64,000 nucleotides of DNA from Geosiphon pyriformis uo1. Lineage: Eukaryota; Fungi; Glomeromycota. Both the position numbers and the translations under genes were made by a program. The notes under the pieces are model-generated. The model ran no database searches. It had not been told where the DNA came from and saw nothing but the letters and a program-made list of their open reading frames with translations. Location: contig JAAOMT010000436.1 of the NCBI GenBank assembly GCA_016748015.1, positions 176,703 through 240,702 on the forward strand, written 5' to 3'. Of this stretch, positions 1 to 13,126 are shown piece after piece (within the stretch, counting starts at the first letter, position 1; each line of letters opens with the position of its first letter).

Positions 1-2635
1 TTGTGTGAAGTTAAGAGACAAGAAAGTGTATGTGGATACAGATTAGACTCTCGTTTTGTTGCCAACACTGGTCGTGCTGAATTTCGGGCTGGTTTGACTT
101 CTTTTCTTGCAGTTGGTGCTTTCGTTGATGATACAATTTAGATTGGTAGCAGCCAGGCTGCCACCCAACATATTCTCAATGTTGCTAGTGATTTCTTTCA
201 AGTCAATGACATCTCAATTAATAATGACAAGACAGTGGCCATTTCCATTAATTGCAAAGTTTCCAATTCTTATTTGTTGATCAGTGGTTTGCTTATTTTG
301 ATAGCCAAAAGGGGAGAGTCTCATCGATATCTGGGTATCTTTCTGTCTATTGAAGGTTTGTCTAAGCCTAGCTTGGCTAAGGCACACTTGGATGTCCAGT
401 TTTTCATCAACATTGTTCTAAGAAAAGCTATCTCTGATAAGCAGTTCTCATATTTGGTCTCAGCAGTTCTTCACCCCATTATTGCCTACAGGACTCAGTT
501 TAGTTTTGTTTCTATTAGTGTGTGTGCAAAATGGGACACTATGATTTGTAAAGTTTTGAAGTCCAAATCTGGCCTGCCATTCGACTTTCCCAATGATGCT
601 GTTTATCATCCTTCTTTGTACAGGTTGAAATCTTTTGAACAGGTCCAGGCAGAAAGCAAGTCAGCTGCTATTGTTTGCTTCACTAATTCTGTGGGTATCT
701 TGGGCTGCTTGTTCGCACATAGGTCTCATGACTTACAAGTTCTCAGCTGGCGCCCTCGCCACTTCCTGCTTTTCCCTTTTCGTATTAGTGTCAGTCCTTT
801 GAATAATTTTTTGGCTGGTGTTGTCTGAATTTTTTTGGGTTGCGACCTTTCTCTGGGTGGTCTCATGACCAAAGCTTTTCGTTTTCAAAAAGAAATTCCA
901 ATGTCTATTGTTCTTGGCAAGCCAGCTTTTTATAAATGTGTCTCTTCACTTCGGCGATATGGAATTGCCTTCGTTGAGCAGTTTCGCAATCGAACTGGTT
1001 CTGCTTTCGAATGGAGGACTTTCAAACGGTGGAAGAGACTGGACCCTCGGGGCCCGGTTCCTGATTGGTTCAATGTTGCTGTTCACTTTTTGTCTGGTTT
1101 CAGGTCTTTTCCCGTTCGCTCCCTTTCACTACTGAATGTTGCCTCGTCTGACATCCTCAAGTCTTGTGAGTTTGATGTTGTCTGCAATCATTTGTTGGAG
1201 GTTGATTCTGATTGCCTTTCTTTGTTTACGGATGGTTCTCTGTGTGGGCTGGGTACTCTTGGTATGAAGGCTGGCGCCACTGCTTTTTTTGGGGACATTG
1301 ATTTGGGTTTAGATGTGGAAGTTTCTGGTTTGGTTTCTTCTACCATGGTGGAGTTACAGGCCATTGCTTTGGCTCTCAAGTGTGTTCCTCCTTCTCGTTC
1401 GGTCAATCTGTTTTCAAACAGCCAGGCTGCATTGGATGCTTGCAAGTCAGAGTTAATGTTGGGTCGTCCAGATTTCAGAAATCGGTGTTGGGTCAAACAC
1501 CGCCATATTTCTAATATCATTTGTCGCAAGAATTTGGATGTTAATTGGATTAAAGTTAGAGGTCACTCAGGGGTCTTGGGCAATGAGCATGCTGACACTT
1601 TGGCTAGGGCTGCTGTGTCTTTTGGTGTGCATCTTCTTTACAGGATTGATGAACATTTTCTCAGGGCTGGTGGTGCTATGGTTTCTGGTAATTCTAGACA
1701 TTTTGTTTGTGGTGTTTTCTGCTCTATTCACCATGCATATTGGGAGGTTGGTTCTGGTTCTCGGGTTTTGGTGAACAGCCTGCATGCTGATGTTGATTGG
1801 TCCAGATCATGTTCAGTGTGACATCCAGACTTTCATTTGGCCGCTGGTTTCACTAGTACTTGTACTGCTAGTTCTCGGACATATTTTATGAAGGCGTTGC
1901 ATTATTGTTTTTCTGTTGCTGTGCATAAGTGACTGTACAGTAAGGGGTACTCCAGTGTGATGTGTTTGTTCTGCGGTAATGTTGAGATTTCAGATCATGT
2001 TTTTTCTTGCCCTTTTGATGCTGGCGATCGTGCTCAGTTAATAAACGCTCATGCATCTGTTTGGAAAACATGCTCGGGTTTGTCTTGCTCAACTTTACGT
2101 GTTTTGCAGTCACTTTCTGATTGTGCTTTCAATGCTGTTGTTAGTACAGCTATAAGTAAGGGCTTTGTTTTCAATGAGTGGTATCGTGAATCTCTTTCTG
2201 TTTTCAAGGACTCTAAAACAGCGGCTCAAAATATTGTGGCTTTTGTTCGCGAATTCTGTCTTGTATTCTGTGATGATATTTGGCTGGTGCATGTAAAACA
2301 CAGAGCTGTTATGGAGAAAGGTGGCTTGATCCCATGTGATGGCTCTATTTCTATCTCGGTTTCTGGTCTTCTTTCGATGCTCTCGTCCGGTGTGGTTAGA
2401 TTGTTGGATATTACTAATGCACTTGGTGTTAGTTTTGGGTTTCGTAAATCTAGTTTATTCTTTTCAGGTGTAGATAATTTGGTCTCGGTGCATATAGGTG
2501 CCTAGTGTTGTCCTGACTAGTCTGAATGACTGGTCATGTGTAGAAAAAGCATGATTCATGCCTAGTTTAGATCACTTGTATAATGTATTGTACTAGGTAG
2601 TGTTTGGATCTCACTTGTTAAAAAAAAAAAAAAAA
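1..2635 (+). mobile_element. 3' part of a non-LTR (LINE) retrotransposon: RT C-terminus, RNase H, CCHC zinc motif, 3' UTR and poly(A); ORF2 disabled
   Basis: One frame runs from 1 to 2505. It has RT motif AFVDD (FVDD at 121-132), thumb-like YLGIFLS, RNase H motifs FTDGS/ELQA/VRGH/GNEHAD and C-x2-C-x7-H-x3-C (CLFCGNVEISDHVFSC). In-frame stops lie at 139-141 (TAG), 826-828, 1819-1821 and 1930-1932 (TGA), with no frameshift. A16 tail at 2620-2635. The 5' end is outside the window. Confidence 0.93.
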
Positions 2636-3830
2636 TAATTACATACTTAAAAAACCAATTTATTAATTTTAAAGATAATACAACCAAAGAAAAAATTTAT
2701 TAATTTAAATTTAAAAATATTTTTTAAAATAATAACTTTTGATTTAAAAGAAAAAAATTTTAATATTGTTTTTTTTAATCTGTTTAATTTTTAAAATTAA
2801 ATAATTTAATAAATAAATAAATTTGTTTTGTTTTTATAATTGATAATAATTAAATAAAATTTTATAAATTAAAGAATAAAATTAAATATTATAATACAAA
2901 TCTAATAAATGTGTTTTTATTGTTATTATTTAAAACAAACAATTAATTATTGTTTATAACTATAAAAACCAAGTATTATAATTGGTATTAGTATTATAAA
3001 ATTAATAAAAAAGCCAAAAAAATTAGTTTTAATATAACAAAAATATTATTGGAAACATCTGTTTTGGTTTTTTTATTATTTAAATAACTAAAACAAAGTT
3101 TGCAAAAAAAATATAAATTTAGTTATTAACTTATAATTAAAAACTTTAAAACTTTTTAAAATAATAATAATTATATTAAAATTATTTTTAATGTATTATT
3201 TTAATGAAACTTATAAAAAAACTCATATTTAAAACCAAAAAAAATGGTTTAAACCAATAAAAAACTGATTTATTACAATATTATTTAAAAACCACTTTAT
3301 AAAATATTATTAAGCAGTTTCTACAGTTATAAATATATTTTTAATAAAGATATTATCAGTAATTTTAGGTATTATAGTGTTTGCAACTTTTTTAATTCTT
3401 TGTTTTAAATATAATCATAAAATAAAAAATAATTAAAAATATAGTTTTATATTAAAAAATTAAATATATATAAAAAGAGTATAATTTATTTTATAATAAT
3501 ACTTAAGTGTTATAAAGCATTAAAAAAAATTTATTTATTTTTTAAAAAAATTCTACTTTTTGAACAAAATATAATTTTTTAATTTTTTTATTATAAATAA
3601 ATTTAAATTAACAATAATTTTTAGTTATTATTAAAAATACATTAATATTTAAAAGTTTATTATTTGAATAAATTTTAAAACTTTAAAATACAATATATTA
3701 ATTTTTTATATACATTATTTATAAATTATGATTATTTTTTTAACAATAATTCCCAAAATTCAAAGAAAATATATATTAATAAATTACATTAAAAATAACA
3801 TTAAAAAAAAATTAAAAATATAAAAAACCG
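2636..3830. repeat. AT-rich island, probable degenerate transposon relic
   Basis: Roughly 85-90% AT by eye with no ORFs. Segment ~2915-3420 shares collinear blocks with ~34320-34750 and ~50570-50880. Confidence 0.65.
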
Positions 3831-4070
3831 CCAGATTTTTCTTTTAATAGTATTTTTCATATCAATTATTATCAAGATGAATATAAAGAAAAAGTTCTTG
3901 GTAAAAACGTGCGAAAAATGACGGTAAGATCGAGTGTTTTTATCAAGCTGAAGTTCTAAAGAATATTTTAAATGATAAAATTAATTTCAGAATAAAATTA
4001 TCTTCCAATCCATGATAAAGCTACAATTTATCTCGCTATTTAGCCTCGTAATAAAACTTGGGTAACCATT

Positions 4071-7000
4071 TTAAGGCTCTGCCTCCACCATCATTTTGAT
4101 TCCCATACTCATTAATTCGGTCGCAAGATATTTAAAAGCGAAAGGTATTTTGACATGAACAACATGCTCAGCTGTGTTGCAAAGGCTACAAACTACATGG
4201 TGCTTCCTTCGTTGTCGTTCACGATCCCGAGGTGCCAATGAAAGCGCAGAGAAAATAGAGCCACACTTTCGACAGACTAGGCACTGATGGGATATTGAAA
4301 AAGGTTGAGAAAGGGAAGGATCAATTTATGCATCGAAATATAATATCAAATCACCTGAGAGTAATCAGAGCAATTCATTAATCGGTCTTGCAAGCAAAAA
4401 CTCATCCCGTGTGCCAGCATAGAATCCCGTTCCATTTCTCCAAAACGTACCCCACCATGCCGAGCACGGCCACCAATTGGTTGCATTGTAAGATTGTGCA
4501 CTGGCCCAGTCGAACGTACTTGCCATTTATCTGATACCATATGACGCAAACGTTGATAAAATACAACACCAATGTAAATATCTGCGTGAAACTCTTCTCC
4601 AGTCACCCCGCTATACAAAGGTTCGTTTCCGTGATAGTTGTAACCCGCACGAAGGAGTTGCTCCCCAAAGTGATCCATTGCAGGGTGTTTCTCATCGAAC
4701 CTGAATGGGGTAGCATCTTGTGCAATTCCATGCAATGCACCAGCTTTTCCTGCTAGACTCTCGACAAACATCCCGATTGTCATACGCGAAGGGAAGGCAT
4801 GTGGATTGATGATAATATCAGGCTGCATCCCACTCTCAGTAAATGGCATGTCATACTGTGGCCATAATTGCGAGAGTACACCTTTTTGTCCATGTCTTGA
4901 AGAAAATTTATCACCGATAACCGAAGGTCTTGGAATTCTTAGCTTAATATGTGCTCTTTGAGCTTCATATTGTCCTAAATCATCACCGAGCAATCTTACT
5001 TGATCAACATATGCCATTTCAGGCCCCTTGTAGAATTTTACATAGGTGGTTCCCTTTGTATCGTCGAAATAAGCATAGAGTGGATCTCCTTCAACCAAAC
5101 GGATTCCAACAAAAGGCATTCCATCTTTGTCCAGTTTTTCTAAAACAGCATCATCTACATCACTGCCTAGCATAAAATGATGCTGTATCGGTTCACCTCT
5201 TCGACGCATTTCATTCAAGTCTATTACTTCAGATTTATAGATGGTACCGTATGCGAAACCACGATGATGGGATTGCCTGTTGACAATCATAGCGTCTTCC
5301 ATATCATAACCTGCATAGTCAAAATAAAATTAAGAGAAATAGCTTTTTTTGCATCATGAGGCCGGACAAAAATTTACCTGTATAGGCAAGAACGGCAACA
5401 ATAGCATTAGTCCCGTTTGGAAATCCATCTAAGCCATATTTATTGTAAATCTCTGGCCTAGCAATGGGGGATTGACCAGATTGTAATCGATAAAGTTTGT
5501 TATCTGTTCGATGTGTTAGAGCTGATCCTGGAGTCCCCATCGTTTGTTTACTCATCTATATTGAGAAAGAGTAAACTACGTTAATATAGAGGGCGAATAA
5601 AAAAAAACATAATTAAGAAGCCAATTCATAGTCCAATACGTGACCTGACATTGATACATGTTTCGAGGACTTTGATTATGATCCGAGAATGGTGTTAAAT
5701 TCGCTAGAATGCTGAGTATATTGGTCGGAGATATTTCCTGATGTGTTGTGATTCCAGGCACAATATCTTCATCCAAACAAGCAATGTTCATATAGACCTG
5801 TTCGAGAGAACAAAATAATATAGACAACGGAAAGGTGAATTTGCCAGATCTTCCATAGCATACCTGTTCAAAAGTGCCGATCAAATCCGTCTTGCCGTTA
5901 GCTAAATATTTGACTGGCCGCATCATACGAGCCATCGAGGTAAACAAATAAAGACCTGGAAATAAGCCACCATTTGATGGGGGCACATAAGCAATTTCAA
6001 GTTGCATTGGAATCTATTATTTAAAAAAAAATCGACGTGTTAGAGGTGAACAAATAACCTAGATATCAGAGCAAAAAAATTTACCCCTTTTTCGCCTAGA
6101 ACCTTCCATAACCTTAAGGTAGTTGCAAGTCTTTGAGCCACCACGGCCGAACACACTCCAATAATTCGCCCATTTAAAAGAACGTGCAAGATTTTTCGTT
6201 CTCGACTATCTCTGCCTGAAAATTCCGGTTCTAATAGACCTAATGGGGCCAGTAAAGACTGGATGGATTCCATGTTAAGATCTGAAGTGATGATCTTACA
6301 ACTACAAGAAAGGTGGTTTAATAACCCGCAAGGAGACCCATCTGGAGTATGGACAGGACATATGAAACCTGATTGAAAAGAATTTTCATAAATAAGCCTG
6401 TGTAAAAATTATGATTGGGAGAAAAAAAATTTAAATATTTTTAAATACCCCAAGCTTCTGGAAGCAGTTTACGGACACTAGTGGTTTTCAGCTCCGCAAA
6501 AAACGAACCACGATGAACGCAACGAAAATGGGAGATATACCGATAAAAATTGAGCTTCTCCGCCACTATAGTATATCCACTTGACTACGGAAAACCGACT
6601 TGAGTAATTATTGAATATGTTTTTCAAAATGGCAAAAATGTTGGAGTCTTACCTGTGATAAGTCTAACCCTGTGTTAGATATTAGGTTGCCTGTAGCTAA
6701 GAAATAGGAAAGTTTTTGTCCGATTGCTTCGCTCCTTACTTTATTAATGGTTTTCTCTACATAAATTTCTGAAGGAAGTACCGATTCGAATTGAATATGA
6801 AATTTTATTTCTTGAATAAGATCCCCAATCGAAAACTAAAACATACTATTAGTAAAGTCTGGCTTTTGCTCTTTATTTGCGCTATTGCGAATATCTGCGG
6901 CAAATGTAGCTTTGATTTGATTAAGATAATCTTGAAGTTTCTCTTTAATGATCATGCCGTATAGGTGGCCACTCAAAAGGATCTCTTGGTTTGCGGGGGA

Positions 7001-8574
7001 GTCGGAATTATCAGCGCAACATTCACCAGCAACCAACGCATAAAGTTTGCGTATCATGAAGCTTTTGGGAATAGATATTGAGTACCAAATATGATATTAA
7101 CGAAGGAATTACCATTGAACTTACATTAGCAGGTGAAACTTTTGAAGATTATGTTGGAGATGCACAAAAATGACTTTTCTCAGGAGGAACGTTCCAACCT
7201 TATCCGAAGAAAGATGGGGTGGTAAACCAAGCGCGACGTGAAATTTTTGACCGAGAAAATCCACAAATTCTTGTTGTTTTGAAATTTTGAGAATCTTGGC
7301 AGAGGAAAGCATGAGTTCTAAACGATCTGTTAAAAAAGTGTTTTTATTTTCTCCTTGTAGAATGTGATCAAAAATTTGTTTGTCAGAAACATCAGCGAGG
7401 GCCTGTTGAAAATTTAAGAGGGAAAATCGTGAAAAAACATTCAGACAGTGAATATTGTACTTAGGTATACCGAAAACATCAAATACCTTTAAGATTAATA
7501 TTACTGGGACCATGTATTCTTGCTTCTTCCATCGAAGTCTCAGCATGCAATTCCCATCCCGCAGATAATGAACAGATATCGTTTGTGTTGATTGATCCGT
7601 TCTTGCACATCTAATAGATGTGGCGTATTGGGTGTAATCAGGACCACGTTTCTGAAACGATGGCCGAATTAAGGCCATGACATGATTTCGGCGGGGTACA
7701 AGTAATAGTCGAATAATCTTTTCGATCCCGTTAATAATGAAGTATCCACCGATTTCTTCTGATTCTTCATGATGACGAATCAGGTCTTTTGAATAGAGGT
7801 TTTGTAGGTTACATCGGTTTGACTATAGGAAAGCGAAAATATATATACGTACATGAGTGTATGCTCACGAGCTCAGAACAAATAATTATGCTTCACAATA
7901 AGCAGGCACGAAAAATTTCCCGGTCAATTCACTTCTTAAGATATTTTACTTTGACCATGATCGGAAGGTAACCCATAAATTTGCTATCGGTCATCTGTGT
8001 TCCGCTATTCACCGTCCAATTCAACTGGATGTGCATTCGTCCCTGATATGTGGTAAGCCGCTCACGACACTTGAAAGCAAAATATTAATTTCAAACAACA
8101 ATCCACTAAATTATGAGGCAAGAATCGTGATGGATAGATCGCGTAATGAAGTACCTCTGAAGGATAAATCTGTTTTGTGGTAGAATATACATTTTTGTCA
8201 GGTAGCATTGGGCGACTAAGAGTGATATCTTCGATCCAAACTTTCACACATAAGAAATTGTCAGGATTTTGATTCTGTTAACTTTCTTGAACAATCGATG
8301 ATTGAGTTAACTAATTACGCCTTAGAATGTTTCCTGATTTCCCATCGATCGAATCAGAAATCACTTGTGGCTCTAAATCCACGAGTGCAGCGTGCAAGAG
8401 GCCTTGTTTTTTAGGTTCCAATAATGAATTAAAAGATTCAATATGCGGGACAACTATAGTTTGTAAGGCTGGGAACCCATATCTGCTAGAGCTAGGATTT
8501 CTAAATAAATTATCACGTTCGTATGCATTAAAGGAAGAAGGCATTTTACAGTTGTGGACTTTGATCTGCTTCAT
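4071..8574 (-). CDS. RPA2: DNA-directed RNA polymerase I second-largest subunit (Rpa135/Rpa2), multi-exon
   Basis: Motifs [82 protein letters not shown]. Pol I-type N-terminus PHIESFN. GT-AG introns. Stop TAA at 4071-4073 (..[11 protein letters not shown]). Start is 8574 or 8544. Confidence 0.95.
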
Positions 8575-9072
8575 GTTTGGGAAAATTCATAAAATTTTTT
8601 GAAAATCATGTGATTTTATGAAATATCACGGGTCTGGTCAAGTTATCTTCCACCCAAATCTTAGTTAGATCAGTTTCGAAGGTGGGAAAATTCGGAAAAA
8701 TTTAAATTACATCTAGCCATCTGATCAATGAAAATCTATAGAAGCATGTGTTAATCTACGCATCGTTTTTTTCATATAAAAATATAAATATATATGGGGC
8801 GCTGGGGTTTATAATTCTTTCGTGACAGCTATTATTAATACTTCGGAGGTATCACGCATTCTTTTTCACTTTTATATCTTATGAAACTCTGAGCAAATCA
8901 TCTTAAAAGGCTTTTTCCTTAGTTTTGTGCGTAATTAATTTGATTTTATAAACATTCAATTAAAGCATACGATCAATCATCAGATCTTCGATTACGCTAA
9001 TAATATATATCTAGGACAGGCTCATTGAAATTTTTTTGGTTTAATAAAAATCATTTTTGATAAATTTCGAGA

Positions 9073-12000
9073 ATGTCTGCAAAAGCAATTAGAGAATATG
9101 ATGGAAAGTTACTCCTGGCCTATTGGTTACTTCGATCTCCTTCACTTTCCAATGCAGAGGTATCCGTCGCCTCCAAATTTCTTCCACCATCTAAAGTAGC
9201 CCATATCACTTTCGACACATCCTTCCTTCATGATTCAAACATTGACAATAAAAATCAAGCCTTTAGAAACCACGTGCAACAGATAATTAGTATTGCCGAG
9301 CAAAGGTATCCTTGGCTGTTAACTGAGAAATTGGTAGTGAAGCCAGATCAGTTAATCAAGCGAAGAGGTAAATCAGGATTATTGTTACTTAATGCCGATT
9401 GGGGCCAAGTGCAAGAATGGATAATTAAGAAGGCTGGTAATGAGACGAGAGTGAGTTTCTCTTTTATCTTACGGTTACTGATTAGTGATTCATTAAAAGC
9501 ATAGCTTCAATTGATTATTATAGGTTGACTCGGTGACTGGAATCCTGAAAACTTTTATTGTGGAACCATTTGTCCCACATCCTGCACATACCGAATATTA
9601 TATCAACATTAACTCCACACGCGATGGAGATTTCATTCTATTCACTCATGAGGGTGGCATTGAAGTTGGTGATGTAGACGCTAAGGCTTTGAAGCTTTTG
9701 ATTCCCGTCGATTCCAATTACCCTAGTTCATCCGAAATCAAAGACACTTTGTTAATCAATGTACCTGAGCAAAAGAAGGATGTCCTGGTCGATTTCATTT
9801 TACGTTTATACGCGGTTTATGTTGATCTCCATTTTACCTATCTCGAGATCAATCCCCTGGTCGTGCTTGATCCAGAATCTGAGGGTGAGCCATTAAAAGT
9901 CTATTACCTGGATTTGGCTGCCAAGATTGATCAAACAGCCGAGTTTGAGGTTGGCTCTAAATGGGCAATCGCTCGTGCTCCACACAATATTGGTATCTCC
10001 GGTCATTTCGAGACTTCGAAAGCCCAAATTGATCAAGGTCCGCCTTTGGAATTTCCTTCGCCTTTTGGTCGTGAATCTACCAAAGAAGAAGCTTACATTC
10101 AGGAATTGGATTCGAAGACGGGTGCATCATTGAAATTGACGATTCTCAACAAAGATGGCAGAATTTGGACCATGGTTGCTGGTGGTGGTGCCTCGGTTGT
10201 GTATAGGTAGATTTTTTGATATTTTTACGCTTTCTAGATTATTGGTGTTTCTTGACATATGCATGAATGATATCTAGTGACGCAATCGCGGCGCTGGGAT
10301 TTGCTCATGAGTTAGCAAATTATGGTGAATACTCGGGTGCTCCGACAGAAACTCAAACCTATGAATACGCCAAAACTATCCTTGATTTAATGACGCGTAG
10401 TCCTAACCCGCATCCGGATGGTAAAGTACTCATCATTGGCGGCGGCATTGCCAATTTCACCAATGTGGCCATAACCTTCAAAGGTGTGATTCGAGCTCTT
10501 CAAGAATATAAGCAACCGTTAATTCAACATAAAACTAAAATTTTCGTTAGACGTGGTGGTCCAAATTATCAAGAAGGGCTAAAAGCTATCCGACAATTGG
10601 GCACCGATTTAGGCGTGGAGATTCAAGTTTTTGGGCCAGAAACACATATCACCGAGATAATTCCTTTGGCTTTGCTCGGTCAAGGATCTGGTCTTCATAA
10701 TAATTCCACTAAAATTTCCCATGGTTCGGGCAATCTCTTTCAAGATCAAATTCTGGGAACCTCAAATTCTGATTCCCAGGCACCAAACCCAACTAACGGG
10801 AAACATGTTGCTGAAGAATCAAACTCGCGTCCTCTGACTCCTGTTGCTGATCCACGTGAACGTATGGCATATTTTGAAGCGTCAGACACTCAGCCTCGTC
10901 CTTGGTATTCTACCTTTACCGATGCAACGCGTGCATTTGTATACGGAATGCAACCCCGTGCCGTCCAAGGGATGCTGGATTTTGATTATATATGTAAACG
11001 ACAGGTTCCATCTGTCGCCGCCATGATATACCCATTTGGCGGAAATCACGTTCAAAAGTTCTATTGGGGAACTAAGGAAACATTGCTTGACGTTTTCAAC
11101 AACTTGAATGATGCTGTGGCCAAGTATCCTGAAGTAGATACGGTGGTGAACTTTGCTTCTTCTCGTTCTGTTTACGAGTCAACATTTGAATTTTTCCAAC
11201 ATTCCAATCAAATAAAAACGATCGCTATCATCGCTGAGGGGGTTCCGGAAAGACGTGCCCGGCAAATTCTACATGAAGCAACAAAACGAAATGTTTTAAT
11301 TATTGGACCAGCAACAGTTGGGGGCATCAAACCTGGCTGCTTCAAAATAGGAAATACTGGTGGTATGATGGATAACATTGTCACATCGAAACTTTACCGT
11401 CCTGGTTCCGTAGCCTATGTATCAAAATCTGGTGGTATGTCCAATGAACTGAACAATATCATTTCAAGGACCACTAATGGTGTTTACGAAGGGGTAGCCA
11501 TCGGTGGTGATCGTTACCCGGGATCAACCTTCATTGATCACTTGTTGCGTTTTGAAAATGATCCTAATTGTAAAATTTTGGTTCTGCTTGGAGAGGTTGG
11601 CGGCGTGGAGGAATATCGGGTCTGTGAAGCCATTCGTAGTGGTCAGATTAAAAAACCATTAATCGCTTGGTGTATCGGTACATGTGCTAAGATGTTTACC
11701 ACCGAAGTACAATTTGGTCATGCAGGTGCTTTGGCACAAAGCGATTTGGAGACTTCAGATGCAAAGAACTCTGCGATTCGAGCAGCTGGAGGAATTGTCC
11801 CGGAAACCTTTGAAAAATTACCTCTCGTCCTATATGAACTTTATACTAAACTTGTTTCAAATGGAACAATCATTCCTCAGTCAGAGCCTGAAATTCCCAA
11901 AATTCCTATCGATTATTCCTGGGCTCAAGAACTTGGTTTGGTTCGTAAACCAGCAAGTTTTGTGTCAACAATTTGTGATGATCGTGGCCAAGAGCTTTTA

Positions 12001-13126
12001 TATGCCGGCATGAGAATATCGGATGTTTTTAAAGAAGAGATTGGAATTGGTGGGGTCCTGAGCTTGCTTTGGTTCAAGCGTCGTTTACCAGATTATGCTT
12101 GCCGTTTCATCGAAATGATTTTAATGTTGACTGCAGATCATGGGCCTGCAGTATCTGGGTAATTATTTTCAAAATCTGACAAATTGTGTTTTGAAAATTA
12201 TTTCACGTAACCTTGATGCTTGACCGATCTTTCTTCTCGATTTTCCACATAGCGCTCATAACACGATTGTGACTGCCCGTGCCGGGAAAGATCTCTTATC
12301 AAGTTTATGCTCGGGCCTTTTAACCATCGTACGTAAAATTTAAATAAAGAAGATGACTAGATTACAAATTATTGATGATATTGGTTTGGTAGGGTGATCG
12401 GTTTGGGGGTGCTCTTGATGGTGCAGCCGAACTATTTACGGACGCCTACGATAAAGGCCTGACTCCGCGGGAGTTTGTAACGTCAATGAGAAGGCAAAAT
12501 AAATTGTGAGGACTTGAATACGAATTCATTCCTTACGAATTTGCAATCAGGAAGGATCTATTAATCCGCTTTATTTCTTTTATAGGATTTTAGGTATTGG
12601 CCATAAAATTAAATCCCGAAATAATCCAGACTTACGAGTTGAACTTATTAAAGATTTTGCCAAAAAGAATTTTCCCTCGAACAAATTACTCGATTACGCG
12701 TTAGCCGTAGAAGATCTTACCACTCAAAAGAAAGATTCACTGATATTAAATTTGGACGGTGCAATTGCAGTCTGTTTTGTTGACTTGTTACGAGAATCCG
12801 GGGCTTTTAGTCCAGAAGAATCCGAAGAATATATTAAGATTGGTGCGTTAAACGGTTTATTTGTATTGGGAAGGAGCATTGGATTCATTGGTAAGCTCAA
12901 GTCAAATCGCTATTTTAGTATTTTACTCATTCAAAAATTAAGGCTATCATTAACAATTCGTTCTATCTCATCCCATTTCCCAGGTCATTACCTTGATCAA
13001 AAGAGACTTAAACAAGGTTTATATCGACATCCGTGGGATGATATTTCATATTTGATGCCAGGACCAGGTGTCGAAACTGGACGTACATTTGTCAGTCAGG
13101 ACAAATTTTCCCAGAAAGAAGGATAA
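9073..13126 (+). CDS. ACL1: ATP-citrate lyase, single-chain (fused A+B), multi-exon
   Basis: [13 protein letters not shown]-terminus, [35 protein letters not shown], phospho-His motif [19 protein letters not shown], citrate-synthase-like C-terminus [15 protein letters not shown] introns join the ORF-track pieces. Confidence 0.96.

Noticed and set aside
139-1932. LINE in-frame stops as recoding (TGA=Trp/Sec, readthrough, Mollicutes code)
   Set aside because: The stops mix TAG and TGA and fall at probable Trp and Arg positions. Each is one transition from a sense codon, so decay is simpler.
9305-9316. Other U12-like RTATCCTT matches (~9306, ~27818)
   Set aside because: They lie within continuous coding exons (ACL, and antisense in MCA1), so no intron is needed.
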